Shown piece by piece: positions 55,378 through 63,890 of a stretch of DNA of 64,000 bases. The notes beneath the pieces are model-generated. The model worked only from the letters and a program-made list of their open reading frames with translations. It made no database searches and was not told the DNA's origin. The stretch covers positions 42,844 to 106,843 of the forward strand of contig CAVRCO010000007.1 of the NCBI GenBank assembly GCA_963719605.1, written 5' to 3'. Each line of letters starts with the position of its first letter. Positions within the stretch are counted from its first letter, which is position 1. Both the position numbers and the translations under genes were made by a program. Source of the DNA: an uncultured Verrucomicrobiae bacterium. GTDB lineage: Bacteria > Verrucomicrobiota > Verrucomicrobiia > Chthoniobacterales > UBA10450.

Positions 55378-55742
55378 CCCCGCCACCTTTGCCGATTCGG
55401 AAACGTTTCCCGTGGATTTTTTATTGGATCGTTCTCGTCTTCATCGTTCTCTTCGCATTTGCGCCGATAGGATCGCTGATGACATGCGCATGGATTGCAA
55501 ATTCCCACGGCTGCAAAGTGGATGAAGGGTCGGTGCATCCCTGCATCATAGATGGAAAAGATTATGGTCAGCTTTTGTATACGCTGGGTGTGCTCGGCTG
55601 GTTGATGCTTGTTACTATTCCCGGCGGGCTGTTCGCATTTGTGATTTGGTTGATTGTTCTCATCCTGCATCGGGCAAGCTGGCAAAAGCGGTTCGTCGCC
55701 GGAGTTCCTCCTCCAATGCCCCCGCCGCTTGCGACGGCATGA
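55374..55742 (+). CDS. small membrane protein with a Cys-containing loop, unknown function
   Basis: TM helices at both ends. Loop reads CAWIANSHGCKVDEGSVHPCIIDG. The tail is Pro-rich. Confidence 0.5.
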   Translation: MTPPPLPIRKRFPWIFYWIVLVFIVLFAFAPIGSLMTCAWIANSHGCKVDEGSVHPCIIDGKDYGQLLYTLGVLGWLMLVTIPGGLFAFVIWLIVLILHRASWQKRFVAGVPPPMPPPLATA

Positions 55743-55933
55743 ACGCCATGATCGCTGCTAGTTTGTTTGAGCTGAGATTAAGTTTTATCGTTCTCGTTGG
55801 CCTACTGGGTTTGGCGGTGTCGACGTCGTCCGCGCTGGAAACCGACGCATCATCGGCATCGTCTCCGCGAGCGCAGGTTACGATTGAAAACTGGGACAAA
55901 GGCGGCGCCCTTTAGCATTGGGTTTATACCCAC

Positions 55934-56602
55934 ATGTCGGAAGTGTTCCCGGTCGCAGTGATCGAACGCGGCGGAGCGATTGTCGATCTTCCGAGCGAGC
56001 TGAAACCGGAGATCGGCGCGCTGAAACTAAACAAGCCGGGCGAGCCTGAGCAGACGCTCGATCAGTTCGTGAGCAACGGCGCAGTCGACGGCTGCATCGT
56101 GCTGCACGGCGGCAAGATCGTTTACGAGAAATATCCGACCATTCGGCCTAACGACATTCACATCATGATGTCGATCACAAAAGCGGTTGTGCTAACTGCG
56201 CTCGCAATTCTCGAGGACCAGGGCAAGGTCGATTTGGAAAAGCCGGTCGAACAATTCCTTCCCGAGCTGAAAGGAAGCGATTGGGCCGGGACGCGGTTGC
56301 GTGATCTCGTTGATATGCGCTCGGGAATGGAAGGAAGCGAGACGAGCAATGACGCTTACCGCGATCCGAAGCATAAGGAATTTCAGCTGGAAGCCACGCT
56401 GGGCTGGCTGCCCCGCACCGCGCCCGAGCTTTCGGATGCGGCGCGTCACGGCGATCTCTTCGGGATGCTGCGCACGATCAAACGCGAACGCAAAGCGGGC
56501 GAGAAATGGGCTTACACCAGTAGCAACACCGTGGTCATTGGCGAAATCGTGTCGCGCGTTGCCGGCAAAACCCTGGCCGAAGTAATTAGCGATTTGATCT
56601 GA
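55934..56602 (+). CDS. serine hydrolase (beta-lactamase/PBP family), N-terminal part ending at an in-frame TGA
   Basis: SxxK active-site motif in MMSITKAVV. The ORF ends ...LAEVISDLI-TGA. The same frame continues as SRIGAEHDAML... Confidence 0.75.
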   Translation: MSEVFPVAVIERGGAIVDLPSELKPEIGALKLNKPGEPEQTLDQFVSNGAVDGCIVLHGGKIVYEKYPTIRPNDIHIMMSITKAVVLTALAILEDQGKVDLEKPVEQFLPELKGSDWAGTRLRDLVDMRSGMEGSETSNDAYRDPKHKEFQLEATLGWLPRTAPELSDAARHGDLFGMLRTIKRERKAGEKWAYTSSNTVVIGEIVSRVAGKTLAEVISDLI

Positions 56603-56629
56603 AGCAGGATCGGCGCGGAACACGATGCG

Positions 56630-57019
56630 ATGCTCACCTTGAACGAGCGTGGATTTCCGATGTCGGGCGCCGGCATGGCCGCGACCCTGCGCGATGTTGC
56701 ACGCTTCGGGTTAGCGTTCACGAAAACTCCGCCGGCCGGCCAATCGCGAATCATTTCGGATGCGATCATGCAACGAATCGTTGGTGGTCGCGCCGGGGAA
56801 GGCGGAGCAAAACCCGACGAGCACGGCATGCTGCCATTGACTTACGAATGGGACATGATCAGCGACAAAGGCGAACTGGCCAAGGGCGGCTGGGCCGGCC
56901 AGCTGCTCTACATCAACCGCGAAAAAGACGTAGTGATCGCTTACTTTGGAACGAACCAGGTTCCGGATCCGAAGCTTGAGCCACTCCCATGCAGGATCAT
57001 CGCAAGGACCTTCTTTTAG
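56630..57019 (+). CDS. serine hydrolase (beta-lactamase family), C-terminal part, same frame as 55934
   Basis: GAGMAATLRDVARFGLAF ... GGWAGQLLYINREKDVVIAYFG is the usual C-terminal region of this family. The frame is identical to the upstream ORF. Confidence 0.7.
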   Translation: MLTLNERGFPMSGAGMAATLRDVARFGLAFTKTPPAGQSRIISDAIMQRIVGGRAGEGGAKPDEHGMLPLTYEWDMISDKGELAKGGWAGQLLYINREKDVVIAYFGTNQVPDPKLEPLPCRIIARTFF

Positions 57020-57076
57020 ATCCTGCGCGCCGCGGAAGTATGCATTGCAGACATGGCGAACCCAGGTTCGCCTGCG

Positions 57077-57412
57077 CTACTCTATAAACTCCGCGAGTGA
57101 CCGATATTTCTCGCTGAGCTCTTTGATCCGATGCTCGAAGTGGCGAATCCGGTGGAGCGAACGAAAGACCAGCCAGGTGCCGAGCACGACCAGACCGAGG
57201 TTCAGGAGCATCAGCGGCGCCAGCAGAGGCATCACCTTCTCTATGCTGTAATAGCGCGACGTTGCGATGAGCGCGCTCAAGACGGACAGAGGCAAAGCGA
57301 ATACGGCGATACCGGTGCGAAGAGAAGCCAGCCCAGTTCGTTTCTCAGCGAGGAGCACCTGGATTTCTCCAAAAATTATGTTGTCCGGCGTCGGTAGACC
57401 GTCCGTTTCCAT
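57077..57412 (-). CDS. DUF202 (YidH-like) membrane protein, intact copy
   Basis: 111 aa. LLAEKRTGLASLRTGIAVFALP matches the DUF202 LA.ERT.LAW.RT motif. Two to three TM helices. Confidence 0.65.
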   Translation of the reverse strand: METDGLPTPDNIIFGEIQVLLAEKRTGLASLRTGIAVFALPLSVLSALIATSRYYSIEKVMPLLAPLMLLNLGLVVLGTWLVFRSLHRIRHFEHRIKELSEKYRSLAEFIE

Positions 57413-57515
57413 ACTTGCCTCCTTTTCAATCTAATCGATTCAACACAAAACTCGCTGGAGAAAATCGAGTTGTTGCGTGTTGGTCTCTACCGTCGTCGAC
57501 AGGTTGCCACGAGCT

Positions 57516-57986
57516 TCAAGGCGCTGTCTGAATAGATTCGAGTTCGCGAATGTACTCTGCCGGAAGTTTCCAATGCCTGGCACCCTCGACGATAAGGTTT
57601 TTGTAATCGCAATCGGGCAAAGGCGGATTGGGCTGCGGATGGCCACGATAAAGTGAAACGAGGAGCGGCCGTTTCGCATCACCCTCCTGCCATACGTAAT
57701 GATTTTCGGGCGTGTACTCGTTCTGGTCGTCAGGTCGCCCGCGTCGAAAGTCTTCGTCCTCGTCGAGGTTTTTCAATTCAATCTTTGGGAGTGTGTAAAC
57801 GACGCCCCAGACATCTTTTGCTTCATCGGGCAAGACGTCCGCGACGCCGCATCCCCGGGACATGGACCTAAGCGTAAACGCCAACCGGTGTGAGGGTAGT
57901 TTTGCCCGGCAAACAAACTTTGCCGATGGGCATCGTTCCTTCATCTGCGCCCAGTCCATGTTTGAACCGTATGCGAAGTACAACAT
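57516..57986 (-). CDS. gamma-glutamylcyclotransferase (AIG2/GGCT-like) family protein
   Basis: N-terminal MLYFAYGSNM and the downstream VWGVVY pattern are typical of GGCT-like proteins. Confidence 0.7.
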   Translation of the reverse strand: MLYFAYGSNMDWAQMKERCPSAKFVCRAKLPSHRLAFTLRSMSRGCGVADVLPDEAKDVWGVVYTLPKIELKNLDEDEDFRRGRPDDQNEYTPENHYVWQEGDAKRPLLVSLYRGHPQPNPPLPDCDYKNLIVEGARHWKLPAEYIRELESIQTAP

Positions 57987-58093
57987 CTCTGTTCCCAGTT
58001 CAATGCGGCGCCAAGAACCGGCTACCCGATAAACTCCGCGAGCGAACGATATTTTTCGCTGAGCTCTCGGATGCGGGCCTCGAAGTGGTGAAT

Positions 58094-58324
58094 GGAGCTG
58101 ATGGGATCAGCGACATAGAAGGTAAAGTCGCGAGGGGTAGCGACGAGTGAATGAAGCCGTGGGCGGCGAGCGACATAGATGGGCAAACCGAGAGGTCGAA
58201 TGGAGCTTTTGGGAAAAGCGACATAGAAGGCAAAGCCGCGATGGGTAGTGGCGAGCGAGCTGGGAAGCGAACGAGTTTCAAATGGGCGGGAGCACATGAG
58301 TCAGTTGGGAAACGAACGAGTTTC
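58094..58324. mobile_element. 231-bp modular dispersed repeat (MITE-like) inserted in DUF202 copy 2
   Basis: Flanked by AAT (58091-58093 and 58325-58327), where the intact paralog has a single AAT (57146-57148). Shares 133/136 nt with 37043-37178. Confidence 0.6.
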
Positions 58325-58407
58325 AATGCGATGGATCGAACGGAAGACCAGCCAGGTGCCGAGCACGACCAGACCAAGGTTCAGGAGGAGAGGGCAGCGG
58401 CAGCGAG

Positions 58408-58422
58408 CAGCAGCAGCAGCAG
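58408..58422. repeat. (CAG)5 trinucleotide run within a GC-rich GCAGCGGCAGCGAG(CAG)5 tract
   Basis: Seen directly in the sequence. It corresponds to the Leu/Ala run MPLLLLLLLAAAALSS of the disrupted DUF202 copy, whereas the intact copy has an 18-nt non-repetitive stretch. Confidence 0.8.
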
Positions 58423-58660
58423 TAAAGGCATCACCCTCTCGATACTGTAATAGCGTGAGGTCGCGATCAGAGCGCTTATCACCGAGAGAGGCAACGCGAA
58501 CACGGCAATACCGGTGCGCAGGCCAGCTAGCGCCGTCCGTTTCTCAGCGAGGAGCACTTGGATTGCTCCAAAAATTATGTTGTCCGGCGTCGGTAGACCG
58601 TCCGTTTCCATGCTTGCCTCCTTTTCAATCTAATCGATCTGCGCAGATCTCGCGCGTGAT

Positions 58661-59125
58661 TCAGATCCAACGACGCACTTCGCGTTTATACTGCAAATAA
58701 GACTCACCGAATTTCGCGGTAAGATATCTCTCCTCGCGCAAAACAACGCCGTAATGAAAGATCACAGTAAGCGGGACGACAAAGAGCAACGTGATCCAGT
58801 CGTTGAGAAAAAAGCCAAGTGCAATCTGCAGTAAACAAAGAGCCAGGTACAGCGGGTTGCGGGTGAAGCGAAACGGCCCGCCGCGTACGATCGTTAGCGC
58901 AGGTTCGGACGGGTGAACGTTTGTTCCGGCCGATTTCATTGTTCTAAAGGCCGATAGCGCCAGCGTCGGCGCCAAAATGATGAAGACAATTCCGCAGACG
59001 AGACAGATGCCATATCTCATGATCGGTATCTGAACGAACAGATGCACTAGAACGCTGATGACTGCGTTCACCAGCCAGATCAACGGCGGGAAAGCGATGA
59101 TTCCGGGATTATCTGGTCGATCCAT
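58661..59125 (-). CDS. isoprenylcysteine carboxyl methyltransferase/PEMT family membrane protein (short form)
   Basis: 154 aa. VRGGPFRFTRNPLYLALCLLQIA and LREERYLTAKFGESYLQYKREVRRWI. It is a paralog of 39860..40615. Confidence 0.7.
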   Translation of the reverse strand: MDRPDNPGIIAFPPLIWLVNAVISVLVHLFVQIPIMRYGICLVCGIVFIILAPTLALSAFRTMKSAGTNVHPSEPALTIVRGGPFRFTRNPLYLALCLLQIALGFFLNDWITLLFVVPLTVIFHYGVVLREERYLTAKFGESYLQYKREVRRWI

Positions 59126-59261
59126 TTTTCAGGTTGCGCCGTAGCTTTCAGGCTATTGTGAAATCAACGACAAAAATTTTGACTTGCCCTCGCGTTACGC
59201 GCCGTTCCATAAAAAAATTAATATAGAGCGCCTTGCCGGAACCGCCTAAATTCATGCCCCG

Positions 59262-61634
59262 ATGGCGGACGAACAAAAATCGAAACTTCGACTGGCGATC
59301 GCCCACGTTCTTTTCATCGACATTGTTGGCTATTCCAAACTGCGCACTAACGAACAGAGCGCTCAGATTGAGACGTTGCGCGAGATCGTGCGCGGGACTG
59401 AGCAATACCGCACCGCCGAAGCCGAAGGAAAGCTGCTGCGATTGCCAACCGGTGACGGTGGCGCGCTTGCTTTCCGCAACAACCCGGAGGCCCCAGTCCT
59501 TTGCGCCGAGGAAATCGCTAAAGCGCTAAAGAGTCATCCCGAGATCCGGGTGCGCATGGGCATCCACAGTGGTCCGGTCAACGAAGTCACCGATTTGAAC
59601 GAGCAGGCGAACGTTGCCGGCGCCGGCATCAACGTCGCCCAACGCATCATGGATTGCGGTGACGCCGGTCACATTCTGGTGTCGAAGCATGCCGCAGAAG
59701 ACCTCGAGCAGTACGACCAGTGGCAACCGTATCTGCATGATCTCGGCGAATGTGAAGGCAAACATGGCGAACGCCTGCACGTCGTAAATCTCTACAACAA
59801 CGAAATCGGAAACCCCGCCGTTCCCGGAAACTTCGGCCGGAAGGCGATTGCCGGAACGACGTCATCTGCTGCGGCCGAAAATCGCCGCCGCTACTCCATC
59901 GTCGCAATGGCTATCGGTGCGCTGATCGTCCTTGGCGCGACCAGCCTGTTTTTGACAACACGAACCGCTTTCCGAAACATCACGGGACGCGGCGCACCGA
60001 CGTCGCCGGCTTCGGAAAAAAGCATTGCCGTCCTGCCGTTTCAGAATCTCAGCGACGATAAATCGAATGGGTACTTTACCGATGGCATCCAGGACGAGAT
60101 CCTTACCAGACTTTCGAAAATTGCCGCGCTTAAGGTCATCTCGCGCACGTCGACCCAGAAATACAAGAGTGCTCCCGAGAACTTGCGTGAGGTCGGCCAA
60201 CAGTTAGGCGTAGCGAATTTTCTCGAGGGCAGTGTGCAAAAGGTCGCTAACGCTGTGCACGTGAATGTCCAGTTGATCCGCGCCGCAACAGACGAGCATC
60301 TTTGGGCGGAAAGCTACAACCGAAAACTCGACGATGTCTTTGGAGTTGAAGGCGAAGTCGCCAACGCCATTGCCGACCAACTCAATGCCAAGCTGTCCGG
60401 CGCCGAGCAAAAAGCCGTTGCGGAGAAGCCGACCCAGAATGCAGCAGCGTATGACGCTTACTTGCGCGCGGTCGCAATCGACAACGCCCAAACCCTCGAA
60501 ACAACAAAACGGGTCGCTGACCTTTATGCCGAGGCGGTTCAGCTTGATCCTCAATTCGCGCTGGCATGGGCCCGCCTCGCCGTCGCGCGCAGCCAGCTTT
60601 ATTTCAATGGCATTGATTTGGAGACAAATAGCGGCGCCGCGGTGAAGGAGGCCGCGGACCGGGCGATCTCGCTCCAGCCCGAGCTCGGGGAAGCGTGGCT
60701 CGCTCAGGGCGTTTATCGCTACCGCGTTTTGCGCGACTTCCAAGGCGCGCTCCAATCGTACGAAGAAGCGCTGAGGCGCTTGCCGAACAACGCTTTCGTG
60801 CTTGAGCAGATGGCTCATCTGGAACGACGGCTCGGCCAGTTTGACGTTGCGCAAAAGCATTATCAGGCGGCTGCACAATTGGATCCGCGCAACATCGGCA
60901 TCCTTCTAACCCTTGCCGACTCACTCCAGAGTGTCCGTCGTTACGATGAGTCGCAGGCGCTCTATGATCGTGTCCTTGAGATGTCGCCCGGGAACGATGC
61001 CGCACTCTCGGCGAAAGCATCGAGCTTCCAAACGCAGGGCCGGCTCAAGGAAGCCGCTGAAGTTCTGGCAAAAGCTCCCGCGAATTCTCAGGACGAGAGC
61101 CTTTGCCTAACAAAAGCCATCCAGCTTTACGAAGAGAGACGCTTCGACGAAGCGATCGTTTACATTCAGCAGAACACGCCTGCGACAGTTGTGAACGATC
61201 CTCGCACCCTGATGCTGCTCGGTTTATGCCAGAAATTTGCCGGCAAGGATAACGACGCTCGCGCTACTTTTACGCGCGCCGTTGCGGCGATGAAGCCAAC
61301 GCCTGACTCCGCTGTTGTTGTCGATGCGCGCGAGCTGCCGTGCTATCTCTCCTGGGCTTATCTCGGCCTTGGCGAAAAAGAGAAGGCACTGGAGCAGGCG
61401 CGCCATGCCATCTCTGATTACGACAGTGACGCTTTAGCGAAACCGTTCGCAGAAACCTCACTGGCGATTGTCCAGGCGCAAACTGGGGATATCGATTCAG
61501 CGATCGCTGCCTTGCCGCATCTGCTCGAAGTGCCCAATGGCGAAACCCGCGGCGATCTTCGGATCAATCCACTCTGGGACCCGTTGCGCAAGGATCCCCG
61601 CTTTCAGAAGCTGATTGCAGAGGAACAGCATTAG
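59262..61634 (+). CDS. class III adenylate/guanylate cyclase domain - TM - TolB_N-like domain - TPR repeat protein
   Basis: Cyclase homology domain: VLFIDIVGYSKL, LPTGDGGALAF, NVAGAGINVAQRIMD. One TM (YSIVAMAIGALIVLGATSLFL), then IAVLPFQNLSDDKSNGYFTDGIQDEI and a long TPR array. Confidence 0.8.
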   Translation: MADEQKSKLRLAIAHVLFIDIVGYSKLRTNEQSAQIETLREIVRGTEQYRTAEAEGKLLRLPTGDGGALAFRNNPEAPVLCAEEIAKALKSHPEIRVRMGIHSGPVNEVTDLNEQANVAGAGINVAQRIMDCGDAGHILVSKHAAEDLEQYDQWQPYLHDLGECEGKHGERLHVVNLYNNEIGNPAVPGNFGRKAIAGTTSSAAAENRRRYSIVAMAIGALIVLGATSLFLTTRTAFRNITGRGAPTSPASEKSIAVLPFQNLSDDKSNGYFTDGIQDEILTRLSKIAALKVISRTSTQKYKSAPENLREVGQQLGVANFLEGSVQKVANAVHVNVQLIRAATDEHLWAESYNRKLDDVFGVEGEVANAIADQLNAKLSGAEQKAVAEKPTQNAAAYDAYLRAVAIDNAQTLETTKRVADLYAEAVQLDPQFALAWARLAVARSQLYFNGIDLETNSGAAVKEAADRAISLQPELGEAWLAQGVYRYRVLRDFQGALQSYEEALRRLPNNAFVLEQMAHLERRLGQFDVAQKHYQAAAQLDPRNIGILLTLADSLQSVRRYDESQALYDRVLEMSPGNDAALSAKASSFQTQGRLKEAAEVLAKAPANSQDESLCLTKAIQLYEERRFDEAIVYIQQNTPATVVNDPRTLMLLGLCQKFAGKDNDARATFTRAVAAMKPTPDSAVVVDARELPCYLSWAYLGLGEKEKALEQARHAISDYDSDALAKPFAETSLAIVQAQTGDIDSAIAALPHLLEVPNGETRGDLRINPLWDPLRKDPRFQKLIAEEQH

Positions 61635-61678
61635 CCTGTCATGACCGCTCATGTTCAAACGCGAGCGCACGACCGAGA

Positions 61679-61708
61679 GCGACCGATGCTGCTTCGGTCG
61701 CCATTTTT
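61679..61708 (+). terminator. rho-independent terminator after the cyclase-TPR gene
   Basis: GCGACCGA / TCGGTCGC 8-bp stem with a 7-nt loop, then CATTTTT. It lies 45 nt after the TAG at 61634. Confidence 0.6.
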
Positions 61709-61730
61709 CGAATCTGGGCTATAGTCTTGG

Positions 61731-62087
61731 ATGTCTAAACGTTCTGCGATCTCTTTCACACGCCGCATGCCAGACAACATTACCGAAGAGTTGATCGCTG
61801 TGCTTTCGTCGAAGGCCTGTTTCGAATTCAAGCCGTTGTTCGATATTGTCTTGCTCAATCTGCGGGAGCGAAACGCAGCCAGTGGTGGCGAAGAGATGCT
61901 GCGCTTGCGTGCTTATGAAAAGCTTCAGGGCCTTGTCAGCCAGGGCGCGGTCAACCGGACAGTCACAGGGGTCACGAAGAAATACAAAGGCGTCGGTCCA
62001 CGGATGGTCGTACTGCGCGCGGAGATGAAAGCATTGCGCGCCGCCTGCGACCAGCGCGCTCGCGCCAAGGCTGCCGCGGCGAACTAA
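61731..62087 (+). CDS. hypothetical protein
   Basis: 118-aa ORF in a gap between genes, with an ATG start. The composition looks protein-like and the tail is Ala/Lys-rich. No motif was recognised. Confidence 0.45.
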   Translation: MSKRSAISFTRRMPDNITEELIAVLSSKACFEFKPLFDIVLLNLRERNAASGGEEMLRLRAYEKLQGLVSQGAVNRTVTGVTKKYKGVGPRMVVLRAEMKALRAACDQRARAKAAAAN

Positions 62088-62122
62088 TTCCTCCTGATCG
62101 ATCGGCTACAACGCAACGAATC

Positions 62123-62461
62123 TTACGCTGCTGGCTTCGATTTCGTCGCGGCTTTCTTTCGTTTGCGTGGGCTTTTCCGAGCCTTTGGAGCGGCTCCGTT
62201 ACGAACAGCACGGACTTTGTGCTTTTGTTCGGAAGCGGCCGCGGCGCGCGCGCGACGTTCCTTGCGGAGCTTCTTCTCGCTCAAATAAGTCCTAAACTTT
62301 TTATAAGCAAAACCGCCGCCCAAACCGGCAGCAGCAATTGCAAGCGCAGCTGCGATCTTAACTGGCCCCTGGCCCGGTGCCATGTGCCATGGACATTTGT
62401 CTAGCGGATATCTATCCGGAAGATAAAACCCACATCCAGGTGCATTACACTTACGGGCCAT
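62123..62461 (-). CDS. hypothetical small protein: Cys/His-containing N-terminus, one TM, Lys/Arg-rich tail
   Basis: MARKCNAPGCGFYLPDRYPLDKCPWH (CxxC...CxH), TM IAAALAIAAAGLGGGFAY, then a basic tail. Confidence 0.45.
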   Translation of the reverse strand: MARKCNAPGCGFYLPDRYPLDKCPWHMAPGQGPVKIAAALAIAAAGLGGGFAYKKFRTYLSEKKLRKERRARAAAASEQKHKVRAVRNGAAPKARKSPRKRKKAATKSKPAA

Positions 62462-62551
62462 AATTGGTTATCTCGTTAGCCAGGCGGCATTGGAACAACT
62501 GCTAAAGCTCTACTAGACGTGTCCGCGCTGACAAGTTAAATCGCGCGAAGC

Positions 62552-63469
62552 CTAGGGTGCGACGGGTTGAGGCTCCGGCAGATAGAAAAAGAGAATCCCG
62601 AGAATCACATAGACCGAAAGAAGTTGGATGCCTTCGATCCAGTTCGTCTCGCCATCTCCGCTGATCTGAAACAGGATGTAGACGGAGGCTATCACCGCTA
62701 CAACTTCCGGGACGGAGAATTCGAGGTTCATAGGCCGCCCAAAAAGGTAGGAAAGAAAGATCAGCACGGGCGCGACGAAAAGCGCGATTTGCAGACTGGA
62801 GCCGATGGCAATGCCAACGGTCAGGTCCATCTTGTTTTTCATCGCCATCAGGATGGCAGCCGAGTGCTCGGCTGCGTTACCCACGATCGCCACCACGATA
62901 ACACCGACAAAGACCTCGGTCAGGCCGACGGAGTCCCGGACGTTTTCGATCGTGCCGACGAGAAACTCCGAGAGCAGCGCGACCACGGCGGTAGAGATGA
63001 CCAGGATAGTAATGGCCTTGCCGCGCGACCATTGCCCGTCGCTCTCTTCGGCATCTCGGTGAGCGGCTTGGAAGAAATGCTTGTGCGTCCAAAGCGAAAA
63101 ACCGAGCATGCAAAAATAGGTGAGAAACAAGACAACGGCGATGGCCAGGGAGAGCTTCTGCTCGACCAGTGGGCTCCAGCCGCGGGGACTGGAGTCGGCG
63201 GCCAGATGAAACACCGTCGGGATGATGAGACCGATCGCGGCCAGCGAGAGTGAGATGACGGAAGTGCGCGCCGCGGTGCGGTTGAAACTCTGTTCTTTAT
63301 ATTTAGTGGCGCCGAATAGAATCGAGAGGCCGAACACCAATAGCACATTGCCGATGATCGATCCCGTAATGGAGGCTTTCACCACATTGGTGAGACCTTT
63401 GGAAAGCGCGATGCCGGCGATGATCAGCTCCGCGGCGTTTCCGAAAGTGGCGTTGAGCAATCCTCCCAA
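62552..63469 (-). CDS. Ca2+/H+ exchanger (CaCA/CAX, ChaA/YfkE-like); conserved N-terminal region continues upstream without a canonical start
   Basis: Both alpha-repeat motifs are present (GNAAELII and [10 protein letters not shown]). The same frame stays open up to 63685 and encodes TM1-TM2 ([14 protein letters not shown] ... [15 protein letters not shown]). Confidence 0.8.
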   Translation of the reverse strand: MGGLLNATFGNAAELIIAGIALSKGLTNVVKASITGSIIGNVLLVFGLSILFGATKYKEQSFNRTAARTSVISLSLAAIGLIIPTVFHLAADSSPRGWSPLVEQKLSLAIAVVLFLTYFCMLGFSLWTHKHFFQAAHRDAEESDGQWSRGKAITILVISTAVVALLSEFLVGTIENVRDSVGLTEVFVGVIVVAIVGNAAEHSAAILMAMKNKMDLTVGIAIGSSLQIALFVAPVLIFLSYLFGRPMNLEFSVPEVVAVIASVYILFQISGDGETNWIEGIQLLSVYVILGILFFYLPEPQPVAP

Positions 63470-63779
63470 GCCTTCCCCGACGCGGGCGGCGAGCGCTTCG
63501 GTGGCGCGCCCGATCCAGCCCGCGACCGGAATGATGCCGAGAGCAGAGCAAACGAAAAGCGCAGTCGGACTGACGCCTCCGGGCCAGAAGCGCAGAAGGA
63601 TCGCGAGCGGAACAAAGATAAGGAGCCAGTCCAGGGAGAGTTTGAGTTTCAGAGGTCTGGGAATTTCGCGAGTTGCCTCAGCTAATCAACCCGTCCGTCT
63701 TCCGCCAGTTTAACGACACCATGCACAAACAGCCTGCATCAAAAGCGGGTTACTCGCTCTTCCGTAAAAAATTAATATA

Positions 63780-63884
63780 GTTCCCAATGGCGAAACCATC
63801 GGCGATCTTCGGATCAATCCGTTCTGGGACCCGCTGCGCAAAGACCCACGCTTCCAGAAACTGGTTACGGAGGAACAGCATTAG
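63780..63884 (+). pseudogene. orphan 3'-terminal fragment (34 codons plus stop) of a cyclase-TPR paralog
   Basis: VPNGETIGDLRINPFWDPLRKDPRFQKLVTEEQH* aligns codon for codon with 61530-61634. It is preceded in frame by a stop and directly joined to the AT-rich box TAAAAAATTAATATAG. Confidence 0.7.
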
Positions 63885-63890
63885 TCTGCC

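Larger units (their letters stand above)
58022..58611 (-). pseudogene. disrupted paralog of the DUF202 gene
   Basis: The first 60 codons and last 22 codons are near-identical to 57077..57412. The middle carries a net +20 nt CTG/GCT-type expansion (frameshift, stop at 58378-58380) and a 234-bp insertion with an in-frame TGA. Confidence 0.75.

Noticed and set aside
56600-56602. TGA recoding as selenocysteine, or a genetic code that reads TGA as Trp
   Set aside because: TGA clearly terminates many well-defined genes in this window (glgE, exbD, ferredoxin, sufT, LTXXQ protein). I see no obvious SECIS-like hairpin immediately downstream, and the aligned residue is expected to be Trp, not Cys/Sec.
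58108-58230. Possible CRISPR-like array, since AGCGACATAGA recurs at 48-61-nt spacing (also at 37044 and 37092)
   Set aside because: There are only 2-3 units. The 'spacers' between units are themselves conserved between the two loci. No cas genes or leader are present. The structure fits a modular repeat element, not an array.
60204-60878. 224-aa minus-strand ORF inside the cyclase-TPR gene
   Set aside because: It is antisense to a well-supported TPR-coding frame and has no start context or motif. Long antisense ORFs are expected in GC-rich, stop-poor frames.
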